Below are positions 30,290-39,551 of a stretch of DNA of 64,000 nt, one piece after another. Source of the DNA: Thainema sp. Its GTDB lineage: Bacteria; Cyanobacteriota; Cyanobacteriia; Phormidesmidales; Phormidesmidaceae. A program made the position numbers and the translations under genes. A model generated the notes under the pieces. That model did not search any database. It was not told the origin of the DNA and was given only the letters and a program-made list of their open reading frames with translations. The stretch covers positions 96,001-160,000 of the forward strand of contig JBQLZK010000005.1 in the NCBI GenBank assembly GCA_052168235.1, in the 5' to 3' direction. Within the stretch, counting starts at the first letter, position 1, and the number at the start of each line of letters is the position of its first letter.

Positions 30290-30521
30290 CCTGAATCAGA
30301 CTACTCCTTAAAAATTTGCCAGTGAAGCGACAGATATTTCAGCTTCCTTCTGAATTCACAATTTTATCACAACAAACTCGACAGCTTGCCCCAATAAGCC
30401 AAGCTGTCTATTTGCCGCAATCGCATTGAGACAGAATAACCAAATATCTTAGAGGCATTCCACTATCCGGTTCTGTCTCGGTTATGTAAAGGCTCAGATA
30501 CCAGTTAGAATGACTCAGATT

Positions 30522-30653
30522 TTAATCTTCATGATCTTCAAAGGGATCGCTGAGCTGCTTGGCCGGTGGGCCAAATGCCGTATAGACGCCAATTCCGGTA
30601 ATAACGACCAAAATGGCTGCGATGGAAATACTAAGAACTGTTGCAGGTTCCAT
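30522..30653 (-). CDS. psbN: Photosystem II assembly protein PsbN (not in the ORF track)
   Basis: Own translation: [43 protein letters not shown]; divergent from psbH. Confidence 0.96.
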   Translation of the reverse strand: MEPATVLSISIAAILVVITGIGVYTAFGPPAKQLSDPFEDHED

Positions 30654-30730
30654 AGGTTAAATGAGAAAGATAAGTGACCTTCTCCTATAATATTACGGAT
30701 CATTAAAATAGATTTCAGTACAGGATAGCT

Positions 30731-30925
30731 ATGGCACAACGGACTCGGTTGGGAGATTTGCTCAAGCCTTTGAACTCCGAATACGGTAAAGTTTCCCCTG
30801 GTTGGGGCACAACGCCGTTAATGGCTGTGTTTATGTTGCTTTTCTTAGTCTTCTTACTCATCATTTTGCAAATCTACAATTCGTCGCTGCTCCTAGAATC
30901 CTTCAACATGGATTGGAGGGGTTAA
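30731..30925 (+). CDS. psbH: Photosystem II protein PsbH
   Basis: [31 protein letters not shown]. Confidence 0.98.
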   Translation: MAQRTRLGDLLKPLNSEYGKVSPGWGTTPLMAVFMLLFLVFLLIILQIYNSSLLLESFNMDWRG

Positions 30926-30945
30926 ACCCAAGCAACGGGCTGCTT

Positions 30946-30982
30946 GTCTCCCCCTGCGGTGCGCCGCGCGGGGAGACTTTTT
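30946..30982 (+). terminator. Terminator after psbH
   Basis: GTCTCCCC...GGGGAGAC followed by TTTTT. Confidence 0.65.
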
Positions 30983-31117
30983 GTATGATGTCAGTGGCAA
31001 AAGCCCTAACATGGTTATAGTGACATTTGGTGAACTGACGCTCTGCTGGGTTCTAGTGCCCTAGATGTGAGGAGCAATACACCGTAACGAGACACAGTAG
31101 CTACAGGAGGACACAGC

Positions 31118-31486
31118 GTGAATATCTTTGGCATCGGTCTGCCGGAAATGGCGCTGATTTTTATCGTTGCCCTACTCGTTTTTGGCCCCAAAAAGCTACC
31201 TGAAATTGGTCGCAGCCTGGGTAAAGCCATTCGTGGATTTCAAGATGCATCCAAGGAATTTGAAAACGAGTTCAAGCGAGAGGCGCAAGAGATCGAAAAA
31301 AGCGTGCAGATGAAAGCTACGATTGAACCACCCCAACGCAAAGCTTTACAGTCTGATGCCGTGCCCTCAGCCGAAGAGGTAGATAAGGCAGCGGAGCCTA
31401 CTGCTGAAACAGTGGCAACTGAATCTCAAGCAGATACGACAGAAGAGGTTGCTGCAACTCCATCAGAGCAGCCATCTAATACTTAG
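31118..31486 (+). CDS. tatA: Twin-arginine translocase TatA/E
   Basis: FGIGLPE, LVFGPKKLPEIGRSLGKAIRGF. Confidence 0.95.
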   Translation: MNIFGIGLPEMALIFIVALLVFGPKKLPEIGRSLGKAIRGFQDASKEFENEFKREAQEIEKSVQMKATIEPPQRKALQSDAVPSAEEVDKAAEPTAETVATESQADTTEEVAATPSEQPSNT

Positions 31487-31505
31487 TATTTCTAAGCGAT
31501 TTTGA

Positions 31506-32174
31506 GTGAAAATGATGAATGTGTCTGCTCAACCAGAATCCCAATCTATGGGCGATGCAACTGAGGCTTTAGTCATTCCTGAACTGATTGTAGGTTTGGG
31601 CAATCCAGGATCGAAATACGAAAATACCCGTCACAATGTTGGCTTTCAGGTAATTGATGCCTTGGCGAAACGGTGGCAGGTAAACTTATCCGAAAATCGT
31701 AAGTTTCAGGGCTGGTATGGCGAAACGACGGTTGGCAGTCAGCGCAGTAAAGTTCGGTTGCTGAAGCCGACCACATATATGAATCGTTCCGGGCAGTCGG
31801 TTCGAGCCGTACTGGACTGGTTCAAAGTTTCGCCTGCCAAGATCCTGGTGGTCTATGACGAGATGGATTTGCCGCTAGGTCGAATTCGGCTGCGTCTCTC
31901 GGGTTCAGCGGGGGGACACAACGGCATGAAGTCGATTATTTCCCATGTGAATACTCAGGAATTTCCCCGCCTGCGAATAGGCATTGGCTCACCCAAAGAT
32001 GAGAATACAGTCACCAAAGATGCAGTCGGGCATGTGCTAGGCCAATTTTCCAAAGACGAACAGCCAATTTTGTCAGAAGTGCTGTATTTGGCTCAAGACA
32101 GCATTGAGCTGAGCCTCAAACAGGGCGTAGAAAAAAGCATGAGTCTCTACAACGGTCGAGCGGTTGAGATTTAG
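31506..32174 (+). CDS. pth: Peptidyl-tRNA hydrolase
   Basis: IVGLGNPG, TRHNVGF, KPTTYMNRSG, GGHNGMKS, RLRIGIG. Confidence 0.96.
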   Translation: MKMMNVSAQPESQSMGDATEALVIPELIVGLGNPGSKYENTRHNVGFQVIDALAKRWQVNLSENRKFQGWYGETTVGSQRSKVRLLKPTTYMNRSGQSVRAVLDWFKVSPAKILVVYDEMDLPLGRIRLRLSGSAGGHNGMKSIISHVNTQEFPRLRIGIGSPKDENTVTKDAVGHVLGQFSKDEQPILSEVLYLAQDSIELSLKQGVEKSMSLYNGRAVEI

Positions 32175-32189
32175 AGCATTCTCAAGCAT

Positions 32190-33926
32190 CTAGAAACCCA
32201 AGTCCGCTTTGGCTGATTCCGCTGCTTTGAATACGGCAGCGGTCGGCATTTCTTCCCAAGCCGTATCGCCAATTTCGGCATAGAAGCTTTCGTCATAGGG
32301 ACGAGTCCGCACCACTACAGGCATCGGGACCGCGTGACCCAGAATCAGTGCTTGCTGTTTGGAATCTAACTTGGCCAGCACCGATCGTAAACTTTGGCTG
32401 CCTGCAACTCCGGTAAAAATTGCGTCAATATCTTTCTCGTCATTCAGCAATGCCGTAATTCGCGTGCCGACTTGGGACATCACTTCATTATCAATTCCAG
32501 AGGGTCGCTGATCGACAACGAGCAAGGTGACAAAGTACTTGCGCATTTCTCGCGCAATCGTGCCGAAAATCGTTTGCCGAGCGGTCGCCGGATCGAGAAA
32601 GCGGTGGGCTTCTTCAATCGTGATCATGAGCTGACGGGGGCGATCGCAAATATTTTTGGTTTGCAAAAACTTCTCAGCTTTACGCACATAGCTGGCGTGA
32701 ATTCGCCGCGCAATCACATTGGTTGCTAGCATGTAAGACAGCATGTTGGACTGAGAGCCAAATTCCACTACGACATGCTTCCCTGCATCGATCGCTTCGA
32801 GAATCTGGCCGATGTAATTATGAGGACAGGTGTTGCGGGTGTACTTCAAATCATCAAGTCGCGTCAGCTTGCGTTGAAGCGCCATAATCGATGACTTGCT
32901 GCCCATCTTCGTTTCACAAAACTCCTGAATTTCCTCATTGTTGAGGGTCAGTAGCCGCGAAATCCAAGATTTGCCAAATTCGTTACGCAGGATAATGGCA
33001 TTTTCTAAGCTGGCCTCAGAAAGATTCAGTTCTCCCCGCACCAGCATCAGATCCTCCACGTCAATTTGGTCATAGCTGATGTAAAGCTCTTGGGCATCCC
33101 GGACGCCCCGCCGCTTCGTCGATTCCGGGTCGAGCGTAAAAATCTGCACCTGTCCCGGAAAGAGCTGCCGCAGTCCTTTGACCGTGCTGAACTGCTTGCC
33201 CTCACTGGCCGCTTCCCAGCCATATTCCGAGTGCATATCAAAAATCAGATTTACCGCCGCCTGTTTGCGAATCACGCCGGATAGCAACAGACGCGTCAGA
33301 AAAGATTTTCCCGTACCCGACTTACCGAAAATGCCGTTGCTGCGCTCTACAAACCGATCGAGGTCAATACAAATCGGCACGTCCATATCAATCGGTTTGC
33401 CAATGGAAAAATTGCGCCGATGGGGGTCGTCTTCCCAGCCGAATACGACGCGGAAATCTCGCTCAGAGGCATCATAGACCTGGCTAAAGTGACTTGGAAT
33501 CGTCTTGACAGGCAGCAGCTCGACAGGTTCACTACTCTGAGCTTGATATGATCCAGCCTGAGCCTTCGTTGAATGGGATTTGGATTGATTACTAGAAGAA
33601 TCGCGCGACTTGTCCTGGTGGTGCTGGGTCTGAGGCGTAAACATCAGCATGGGCGACAGCGCAATCGTGCCGTAGGTGCCGGAACCGGCTAAGACTTCCT
33701 GCAAAAACAGATTATCAGGATCGGGCGGATTGGCGATAATTCGCTGGCTTGAAGTGCCGAGCGTGACGTCGGTAAGCATGCAGAAAAAGCGCGATCGCAT
33801 CCCCTGCACGACCAGAAACTTGCCTACCCGCATTTCTTCCACCGAGACATCAGCGTGTAGACGTACCTCTAGACCTTGGCTGAGAGAACCTTGAATGACA
33901 GAACCCAGCGGCTTTTCTAAATCCAT
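32190..33926 (-). CDS. HerA-like (DUF87) ATPase/helicase
   Basis: N-terminal barrel region, GKSGTGKS, FDMHSEY, IEEAHRF, AREMRKY, DQRPS. Confidence 0.88.
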   Translation of the reverse strand: MDLEKPLGSVIQGSLSQGLEVRLHADVSVEEMRVGKFLVVQGMRSRFFCMLTDVTLGTSSQRIIANPPDPDNLFLQEVLAGSGTYGTIALSPMLMFTPQTQHHQDKSRDSSSNQSKSHSTKAQAGSYQAQSSEPVELLPVKTIPSHFSQVYDASERDFRVVFGWEDDPHRRNFSIGKPIDMDVPICIDLDRFVERSNGIFGKSGTGKSFLTRLLLSGVIRKQAAVNLIFDMHSEYGWEAASEGKQFSTVKGLRQLFPGQVQIFTLDPESTKRRGVRDAQELYISYDQIDVEDLMLVRGELNLSEASLENAIILRNEFGKSWISRLLTLNNEEIQEFCETKMGSKSSIMALQRKLTRLDDLKYTRNTCPHNYIGQILEAIDAGKHVVVEFGSQSNMLSYMLATNVIARRIHASYVRKAEKFLQTKNICDRPRQLMITIEEAHRFLDPATARQTIFGTIAREMRKYFVTLLVVDQRPSGIDNEVMSQVGTRITALLNDEKDIDAIFTGVAGSQSLRSVLAKLDSKQQALILGHAVPMPVVVRTRPYDESFYAEIGDTAWEEMPTAAVFKAAESAKADLGF

Positions 33927-34067
33927 CGAAAACGCCCAATTAGCTCAATACATTTGATCGCTTTGGCCTATCGTAACTCAGTTATTGTCTGTAATACGAG
34001 CGTTCTATTTGCATTTTGTAAGATATTTCCCCCTCAGCAGGCAGGTTCCGTCGCGATTTGGATTTAA

Positions 34068-34159
34068 TAGTCTGTAAGTTAAGTTTTGATGGTTGATGTG
34101 CCGCGCGGAGCGCGGCACATCAACCATCAAAACTCATTAAAACTAAAGTTGACAGACCA
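34068..34159. mobile_element. MITE-like palindromic element with 25-bp perfect core
   Basis: Core AGTTTTGATGGTTGATGTGCCGCGC-gga-GCGCGGCACATCAACCATCAAAACT (34082-34134); imperfect outer ends GTCTGT...ACAGAC. Confidence 0.65.
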
Positions 34160-34292
34160 TTTAACGAGTTCACGGAACTTTTACCAGTGCTGTTCATAAT
34201 GGAAGCTAGGAAAATGCGATCGCAGATTTGTAGTCAACGTCAGACAGGGGCGCACCGTTGCTACCTGTAACTACTAACTATTAGGAGGCTCA

Positions 34293-34841
34293 ATGTTAAT
34301 CACACAGCCATTTTTGGAAACTGAGCGCCTAATCATTCGCAGATGGCAGCCTGAGCAAGATGCTCATCAAGCATTTGCCATTTATAACGATGCAGAAGTG
34401 ACACAGTGGCTCAGCAATCGCAGCGTAGCTGAAACAGTTGCCGATGTGAAAGAGCGGTTGCAGCGGTATGTGGAGCGCTTTTATGAACGCGATCGCAATT
34501 TCGGCTGTTGGGCAGTGGTTGAAAAAACATCTCAAGACATCATTGGCAACCTACTCTTAATCCCATTGCCGGATGCGGAACACGAACCAACAGATGATTA
34601 CGAAATCGGCTGGCACTTTCGCCGCCAAAGTTGGGGATATGGCTTTGCCACCGAATCGGCTCGCCGCCTGATGGATTACGGATTTCAGCAGTTACATTTA
34701 CCCATGTTGTATGCCGTCACCAAGCCCAATAATCTCCGCTCAATCGGCGTTATGGAACGACTCGGCATGCAGCGAATGGGCCTAACACGACAGTACTACG
34801 GCGGTCACGAGCTGCTGCTGTATTGCACTGATATGAAATAG
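34293..34841 (+). CDS. GNAT family N-acetyltransferase (RimJ/RimL-like)
   Basis: LETERLIIR, EIGW, WGYGFATE, NLRSIGVMERLGM. Confidence 0.9.
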   Translation: MLITQPFLETERLIIRRWQPEQDAHQAFAIYNDAEVTQWLSNRSVAETVADVKERLQRYVERFYERDRNFGCWAVVEKTSQDIIGNLLLIPLPDAEHEPTDDYEIGWHFRRQSWGYGFATESARRLMDYGFQQLHLPMLYAVTKPNNLRSIGVMERLGMQRMGLTRQYYGGHELLLYCTDMK

Positions 34842-34844
34842 AAA

Positions 34845-34873
34845 GAGAAGGGCAGTGACTGCCCTTCTCCTTT
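34845..34873. terminator. Terminator between convergent genes
   Basis: GAGAAGGGCAG-tga-CTGCCCTTCTC followed by CTTTT. Confidence 0.65.
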
Positions 34874-34933
34874 TAGAGGCCGTATCTTGAGTGTTGTTTG
34901 ATATCGGGTGTTTTTTATGTCATTCAGTGAAAT

Positions 34934-35131
34934 CTAGCGCAGTGCAGTTGCATTGAAATCATTCCGAATTAAACGTTCTAAGCTTGCAACCTGTAGACCA
35001 CGACTCCGGCGGTGACTGAGATCGCTGGGTAAATCCGGCATTTCCTGCCAGCAGTGGGAGCAAAACCAGTAAACATCAGCGCCACGTGCATGACGGAGGA
35101 GAGAGTTAGAGCAGCATGGACATGTTGTCAT
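34934..35131 (-). CDS. Small zinc-ribbon-like protein (CPCC...WFCxxCWQEMP)
   Basis: Two CxxC pairs; resembles a small cyanobacterial protein family I recall. Confidence 0.8.
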   Translation of the reverse strand: MTTCPCCSNSLLRHARGADVYWFCSHCWQEMPDLPSDLSHRRSRGLQVASLERLIRNDFNATALR

Positions 35132-36064
35132 CTTTTATTATTTCAACCTGATACTGTTGCTTAGGTGAGTTTGGAGGTAGAGAAGTCTATCGTTCAATTG
35201 ATTGTTCAGTTGACTGCTTATAGAGATTTAGAGAGAACAAATCAGACTTGAATTTCTAAAGCTTTCTTCGAAGACATTCGCGTTCTTTATATAAGGTCTC
35301 AAACTTACCCTTAAACTACAACCTGATAAATACCCGGATCAATAGGGAACTCCCCCCTTACTAAATGTAAAGCGCCTCTGTGATCATGCGGATAAACCCA
35401 TTAAAAAATGTATATTGTAGCCATAAACACAATTTATTTTTAATAGTAGATTATAAGTTTTTATTCTATTCAGCCAGAAACAATAAGTACTTGTAACCCT
35501 TTAACAAAAAGAGTTTCAGCACAATCAGCGTCTCACGAATTTGTGACATTTGTTCAATCGGCTAGCTCGCATCAAGAAAATGAACCACAATTGCAATAAA
35601 TATTTTTGTATCGCAGTTTACGTCTTTTGACAGATGTTTTTCTTATCTAGAAAAAGCTTTTACTAACTTTTTAGTAACTGTTGATTAGAGCTGTATTGAT
35701 GGAGTTTACTTACTTATTTATTTACTTTTATGACTTTATTCGATTTAGCTTACTCATCTAGCCCAACTGCCCATCTAAGTAACCTTTGTAACCCAGCAAA
35801 AATCCTCTCTAGGAAGATGGGCGAATCTTTTCATCGCTCATCGCGAAACCTGAGTCTACGTTGGAGTTGACCTTCGATTCATACTCCACACGGCTGATGG
35901 GCTTTATTGCAGCAAACGAGATAGCTGATGTCTCAACTAACCCTTTAAGTGCAATATAAGTCCAGTGGGTAATACCGAATTTTGACCGTAATCATGTCTA
36001 TCTGTGTTGTATCTAGAATTTAGTTAGATGCACAGCCCATATTCAACGAGGGTAGAAACCATAT

Positions 36065-36313
36065 ATGGCACAGCTTAAACGGTGGGAATCGCCCCGCCGC
36101 AAAGGACGGAACCGCAAAGGTCGAGGCGGTTCAGCGCGGCAGCGACAGTTAATCAAGCGACAAAAGCAGTTGCAGAAGAAGCTGAAGCAGCAAACTGACC
36201 GAGATTCATCAAACCAAGGCTCAACCCAAAATCCAAGCTCAAAGCGAAAGGCGAGAACCGAGTTCTCGCCTTTCGCTTTGAGCTTGGATTTTGAATCTGT
36301 AACTAGACTTTAG
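36065..36313 (+). CDS. Small highly basic hypothetical protein
   Basis: [32 protein letters not shown] upstream; C-terminal third encoded by a 32-bp palindrome. Confidence 0.65.
   Translation: MAQLKRWESPRRKGRNRKGRGGSARQRQLIKRQKQLQKKLKQQTDRDSSNQGSTQNPSSKRKARTEFSPFALSLDFESVTRL
36227..36293. repeat. 32-bp perfect palindrome with triloop
   Basis: CAAAATCCAAGCTCAAAGCGAAAGGCGAGAAC-cga-GTTCTCGCCTTTCGCTTTGAGCTTGGATTTTG. Confidence 0.9.
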
Positions 36314-36854
36314 ACATCGCTGGAAGATAGCCCATCTCTTCTAGTTTGGATAGTACCTTGCCCACACTTTCTTCCAGGGTTTCTTCATGAGTTCTGCAGT
36401 TGACCTCTGGGTTGGTGGGTGGCTCGTAGGGATCATCGATACCTGTGAACTGCTTGATTTCTCCAGCCCGTGCCCGCTTATAGAGTCCTTTGACATCTCG
36501 CTCTTCACAAACTTCTAGAGGAGCACTAACGTAGACTTCCATGAAATCGCCAACTCGCGCTCGGACTTCTTCACGGATTGCACGGTAGGGCGAAATCGCA
36601 GACACTAATACGATGACACCGTTGCGGGTGAGTAGATGCGAAACAAAGCCAATGCGGCGAATGTTTTCATCCCGGTCTTCTTTGCTGAACCCCAAACCTT
36701 TGGTGAGGTTGGTGCGGACGATGTCGCCGTCTAAAACCTCTAGTTTGCAATTGCGCGATCGCAACTCTTCAGCCAGTGCCTCGGTAATTGTGCTTTTGCC
36801 TGCGCCGCTAAGACCTGTGAACCAAATCGTTACGCCACGGTGTTCTTGACTCAT
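36303..36854 (-). CDS. cysC: Adenylyl-sulfate kinase
   Basis: [49 protein letters not shown]. Confidence 0.97.
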   Translation of the reverse strand: MSQEHRGVTIWFTGLSGAGKSTITEALAEELRSRNCKLEVLDGDIVRTNLTKGLGFSKEDRDENIRRIGFVSHLLTRNGVIVLVSAISPYRAIREEVRARVGDFMEVYVSAPLEVCEERDVKGLYKRARAGEIKQFTGIDDPYEPPTNPEVNCRTHEETLEESVGKVLSKLEEMGYLPAMSKV

Positions 36855-37423
36855 AAATCGCGTCCTCTTGTGTAATGACGGGCCGAGAGCGTTCAAATCA
36901 CTCCTGAGCCACTTTACTTCCTTTTGTAAACCTACGTTAATGTTGCCCCACTGAAAAGATAAACATCAACAGAGGTTGGGCTGTGCTTCACTTAATCTTT
37001 GACTTTGAGCTGCTTTAAGCTAGCTAAATTTACGTTGCCCTAAATTTGGGCAAATTTAACATGAGTCGCCTAATTGGCGTCATCTCATTGCACCAAATCC
37101 GAAAAGATGATGTGCCGCCACTATGTGCTCACAACATCACCTCTTCGAGTTCTTCGTTTACGTGATGCAAGATACTCGTGATGTCACGACCACGCCACAA
37201 CTTGCACCTGCTTCAAGGATCTGCGGATAACTCTACATCTAGCGTGATCATCCTCACACCCGAATCCTGAAGTGAACTGTTAGAGTAAAAGAGAACATCA
37301 GTGAGATCTGGTGCTACAAGTCTAAGAGCATAAATGCCGCTAAAGCGTAGATTTCGATGGCAAAACTCATGCTCCTAGTACAAAAAATTGCTATTAGCAA
37401 TCTGCATAATTTATTGTCACTAA

Positions 37424-37790
37424 CAGACTAAGATAGGATTGTCTCTTGCTTGAACCTATTTCAAGCTCACTTTGAGAAAGGTTGAAAGACATTGGAATTT
37501 CCTGCACTTGTTGGATACCCCTGGCGACCCTTGTGGTATCTGGATGTCAAATTGAAGCGCAAGCGGGAAAGCAATCCGGGTCTATCCTGGCTTGACCGAT
37601 GCGAAGCTCCCAGTATGAGCTGATCAGTCCACGACGAATCATCCAGACTCGTTCAGTGGCGCTACACCTAGTAATCCCGTAGCGTCGAGTCAACTTTATT
37701 CACCACACGGATGACTTCAGGATTGATCAGTTTGCTCAGTTTTTAGTCTGACCTGAATCGGTAGGTAGTGCTTTTGGGTACTGCTGGGTA
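37424..37790 (+). ncRNA. Candidate structured ncRNA (family not recognised)
   Basis: ORF-free; closing helix 37424-37433/37741-37750 encloses several nested helices (see findings). Confidence 0.35.
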
Positions 37791-38154
37791 ATTGACTGAA
37801 AAACTCTGCTTATTTTCTAAACCTAGATTGGCGCAGTTTGATTTGAAGGCTCCAGTTGCTCCCAAGCGCGTGAAGCACTCCTGAGAAGGACGTTTCATGA
37901 ATGCTGAGCTGAGTTTTTATGAGTGAGTTTTCATTGACAGATTGGGTTGTTCCTGCGATTGGCACAAGCTCCACATGCTGGAGGTAGGCCAATTGGATGC
38001 TGTCTAGGTATGGGATGGGCTAATAGGGATGTTTGTGAATGTGCGATCGCACATTCGATCTAGCCCTGCGTTTTGAGTCATGACACCACCGCTTCTGCGT
38101 CATGCTGTTGCCGCCTGCACGCTATTTGTCATTCAGTTTGAAAGGATCGACCCG

Positions 38155-39375
38155 ATGAAGAATTTATTCAGCAAAAAGATTGCACCCAACCCCATGCCCT
38201 CTGAGATCAGTGTGGTGGACTTGGTGAATCAGTATTTCACGGCATACAACTCGGCTCGGCTGCGGGAAGTGTGCCAACTGCTTAGCCAAGAGGTGTTCCA
38301 AGCGGGCGTGACCGTTGGCATGAGCCTCTCTGGCGCGATGACGCCCGCTGGTTTTGGCACATCTGCGATCGCGCCGCTGATGCGGCAGGGCTTTGTTGAC
38401 TACATCATTAGCACCGGGGCCAATCTGTACCACGACATTCACTATGCGCTGGGACTAGACCTGTATGCCAGCCATCCCCTAGTAGACGACACGAAACTGC
38501 GAAAAGAAGGACGTGTGCGGATCTACGACATCGTCTTCGGCTATGACGTTCTGCTGGAGACCGATGCCTTTTTGCGTAAGATTCTCTGGGCCGAGCCGTT
38601 CCAGCGGCGCATGAGCACGGCGGAGTTTCATCACCTGCTGGGTAAGTGCATTTGGGACGTGGAGCAGCAGCTAGGGATTCAGCATTCCAGCTTATTAGCA
38701 ACGGCTTACGAGTGCGGCGTCCCCGTTTATACCTCATCCCCTGGCGATAGCTCCATCGGCATGAACGTAGCTGCGATCGCACTGGATGGTTCTAAGCTGG
38801 TGATTGATCCGTCGCTGGACGTGAACGAAACCGCTGCCATCGTATACGGCGCACGGGAGTCCGGCATTGAGGGTGTTACAGGTAAGAGCGCGGCTCTGAT
38901 CCTCGGTGGCGGTAGTCCCAAGAACTTCCTGCTGCAAACGCAGCCCCAAATTCATGAGGTGCTGGGTTTGGAAGAGCGCGGCCACGATTACTTTGTGCAA
39001 ATTACCGATGCTCGGCCCGATACGGGCGGTTTGTCCGGTGCAACCCCGAGCGAAGCCGTCAGCTGGGGCAAGGTTGATCCGAACGAATTGCCCAGCACCA
39101 TCGTTTGCTACACCGACAGCACGATTGCGCTGCCGCTGTTAACGGCCTACACCATGAATCAAACTTCTGCCCGTCCGCTGAAGCGTCTGTACGATCGCCG
39201 AGGCGAGCTGGTGCAGCGGCTGATGCAGGATTACCAACAGCAGAAGCAACTGTCAGAATTAGCCGATTCATCTACTGAGCCAGCTAAAGATTTAGTCGGT
39301 TCCGCCTCTGGATCAGCTAAGGGAGACGTACCTCGCTATCCCTGTGGGACACCGATCTCTCCCCGCGATCGCTAA
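38155..39375 (+). CDS. Deoxyhypusine synthase-like protein (homospermidine biosynthesis)
   Basis: SGAMTPAG, STGANLYHD, SPGDSSIG, GGGSPKNF, DTGGLSGATPSEAVSWGK, YTDSTIALP. Confidence 0.9.
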   Translation: MKNLFSKKIAPNPMPSEISVVDLVNQYFTAYNSARLREVCQLLSQEVFQAGVTVGMSLSGAMTPAGFGTSAIAPLMRQGFVDYIISTGANLYHDIHYALGLDLYASHPLVDDTKLRKEGRVRIYDIVFGYDVLLETDAFLRKILWAEPFQRRMSTAEFHHLLGKCIWDVEQQLGIQHSSLLATAYECGVPVYTSSPGDSSIGMNVAAIALDGSKLVIDPSLDVNETAAIVYGARESGIEGVTGKSAALILGGGSPKNFLLQTQPQIHEVLGLEERGHDYFVQITDARPDTGGLSGATPSEAVSWGKVDPNELPSTIVCYTDSTIALPLLTAYTMNQTSARPLKRLYDRRGELVQRLMQDYQQQKQLSELADSSTEPAKDLVGSASGSAKGDVPRYPCGTPISPRDR

Positions 39376-39386
39376 TTCAAGGCTCT

Positions 39387-39453
39387 GTATGGGCGGGTTT
39401 TGTTCATCATTTTGGGCTTCGACCAACCATTTGACGGCTAAACCTGCCCCTAC
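39387..39453. repeat. GTAG-REP variant with long spacer
   Basis: GTATGGGCGGGTTT...AAACCTGCCCCTAC. Confidence 0.6.
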
Positions 39454-39551
39454 GCAACGTTTTAGTACGCCATTCATATTGAAATCCAGAAGGGGGGTTA
39501 TGATGCCACATCGCGACACAATCCCCCTTCTGAGTTTTGGTGCTACCCGAA

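Noticed and set aside
32190..33926. HerA ATPase as an anti-phage system
   Set aside because: No adjacent SIR2, nuclease or DUF4297 partner; sits among housekeeping genes
35876..35915. Yfr1-like sequence TTCATACTCCACAC
   Set aside because: Lacks the full ACTCCTCACAC motif and the flanking terminator hairpin
37540..37620. HEARO/omega-RNA-like GTCAA...TTGACC start
   Set aside because: Downstream conserved blocks not recognised and no IscB/HNH or TnpB ORF follows
37420..37755. Group I intron P7-like pair CAGACTA / TAGTCTG
   Set aside because: No AAGATA-type S element, no identifiable P4-P6 core and no interrupted host gene; kept only as a generic closing helix
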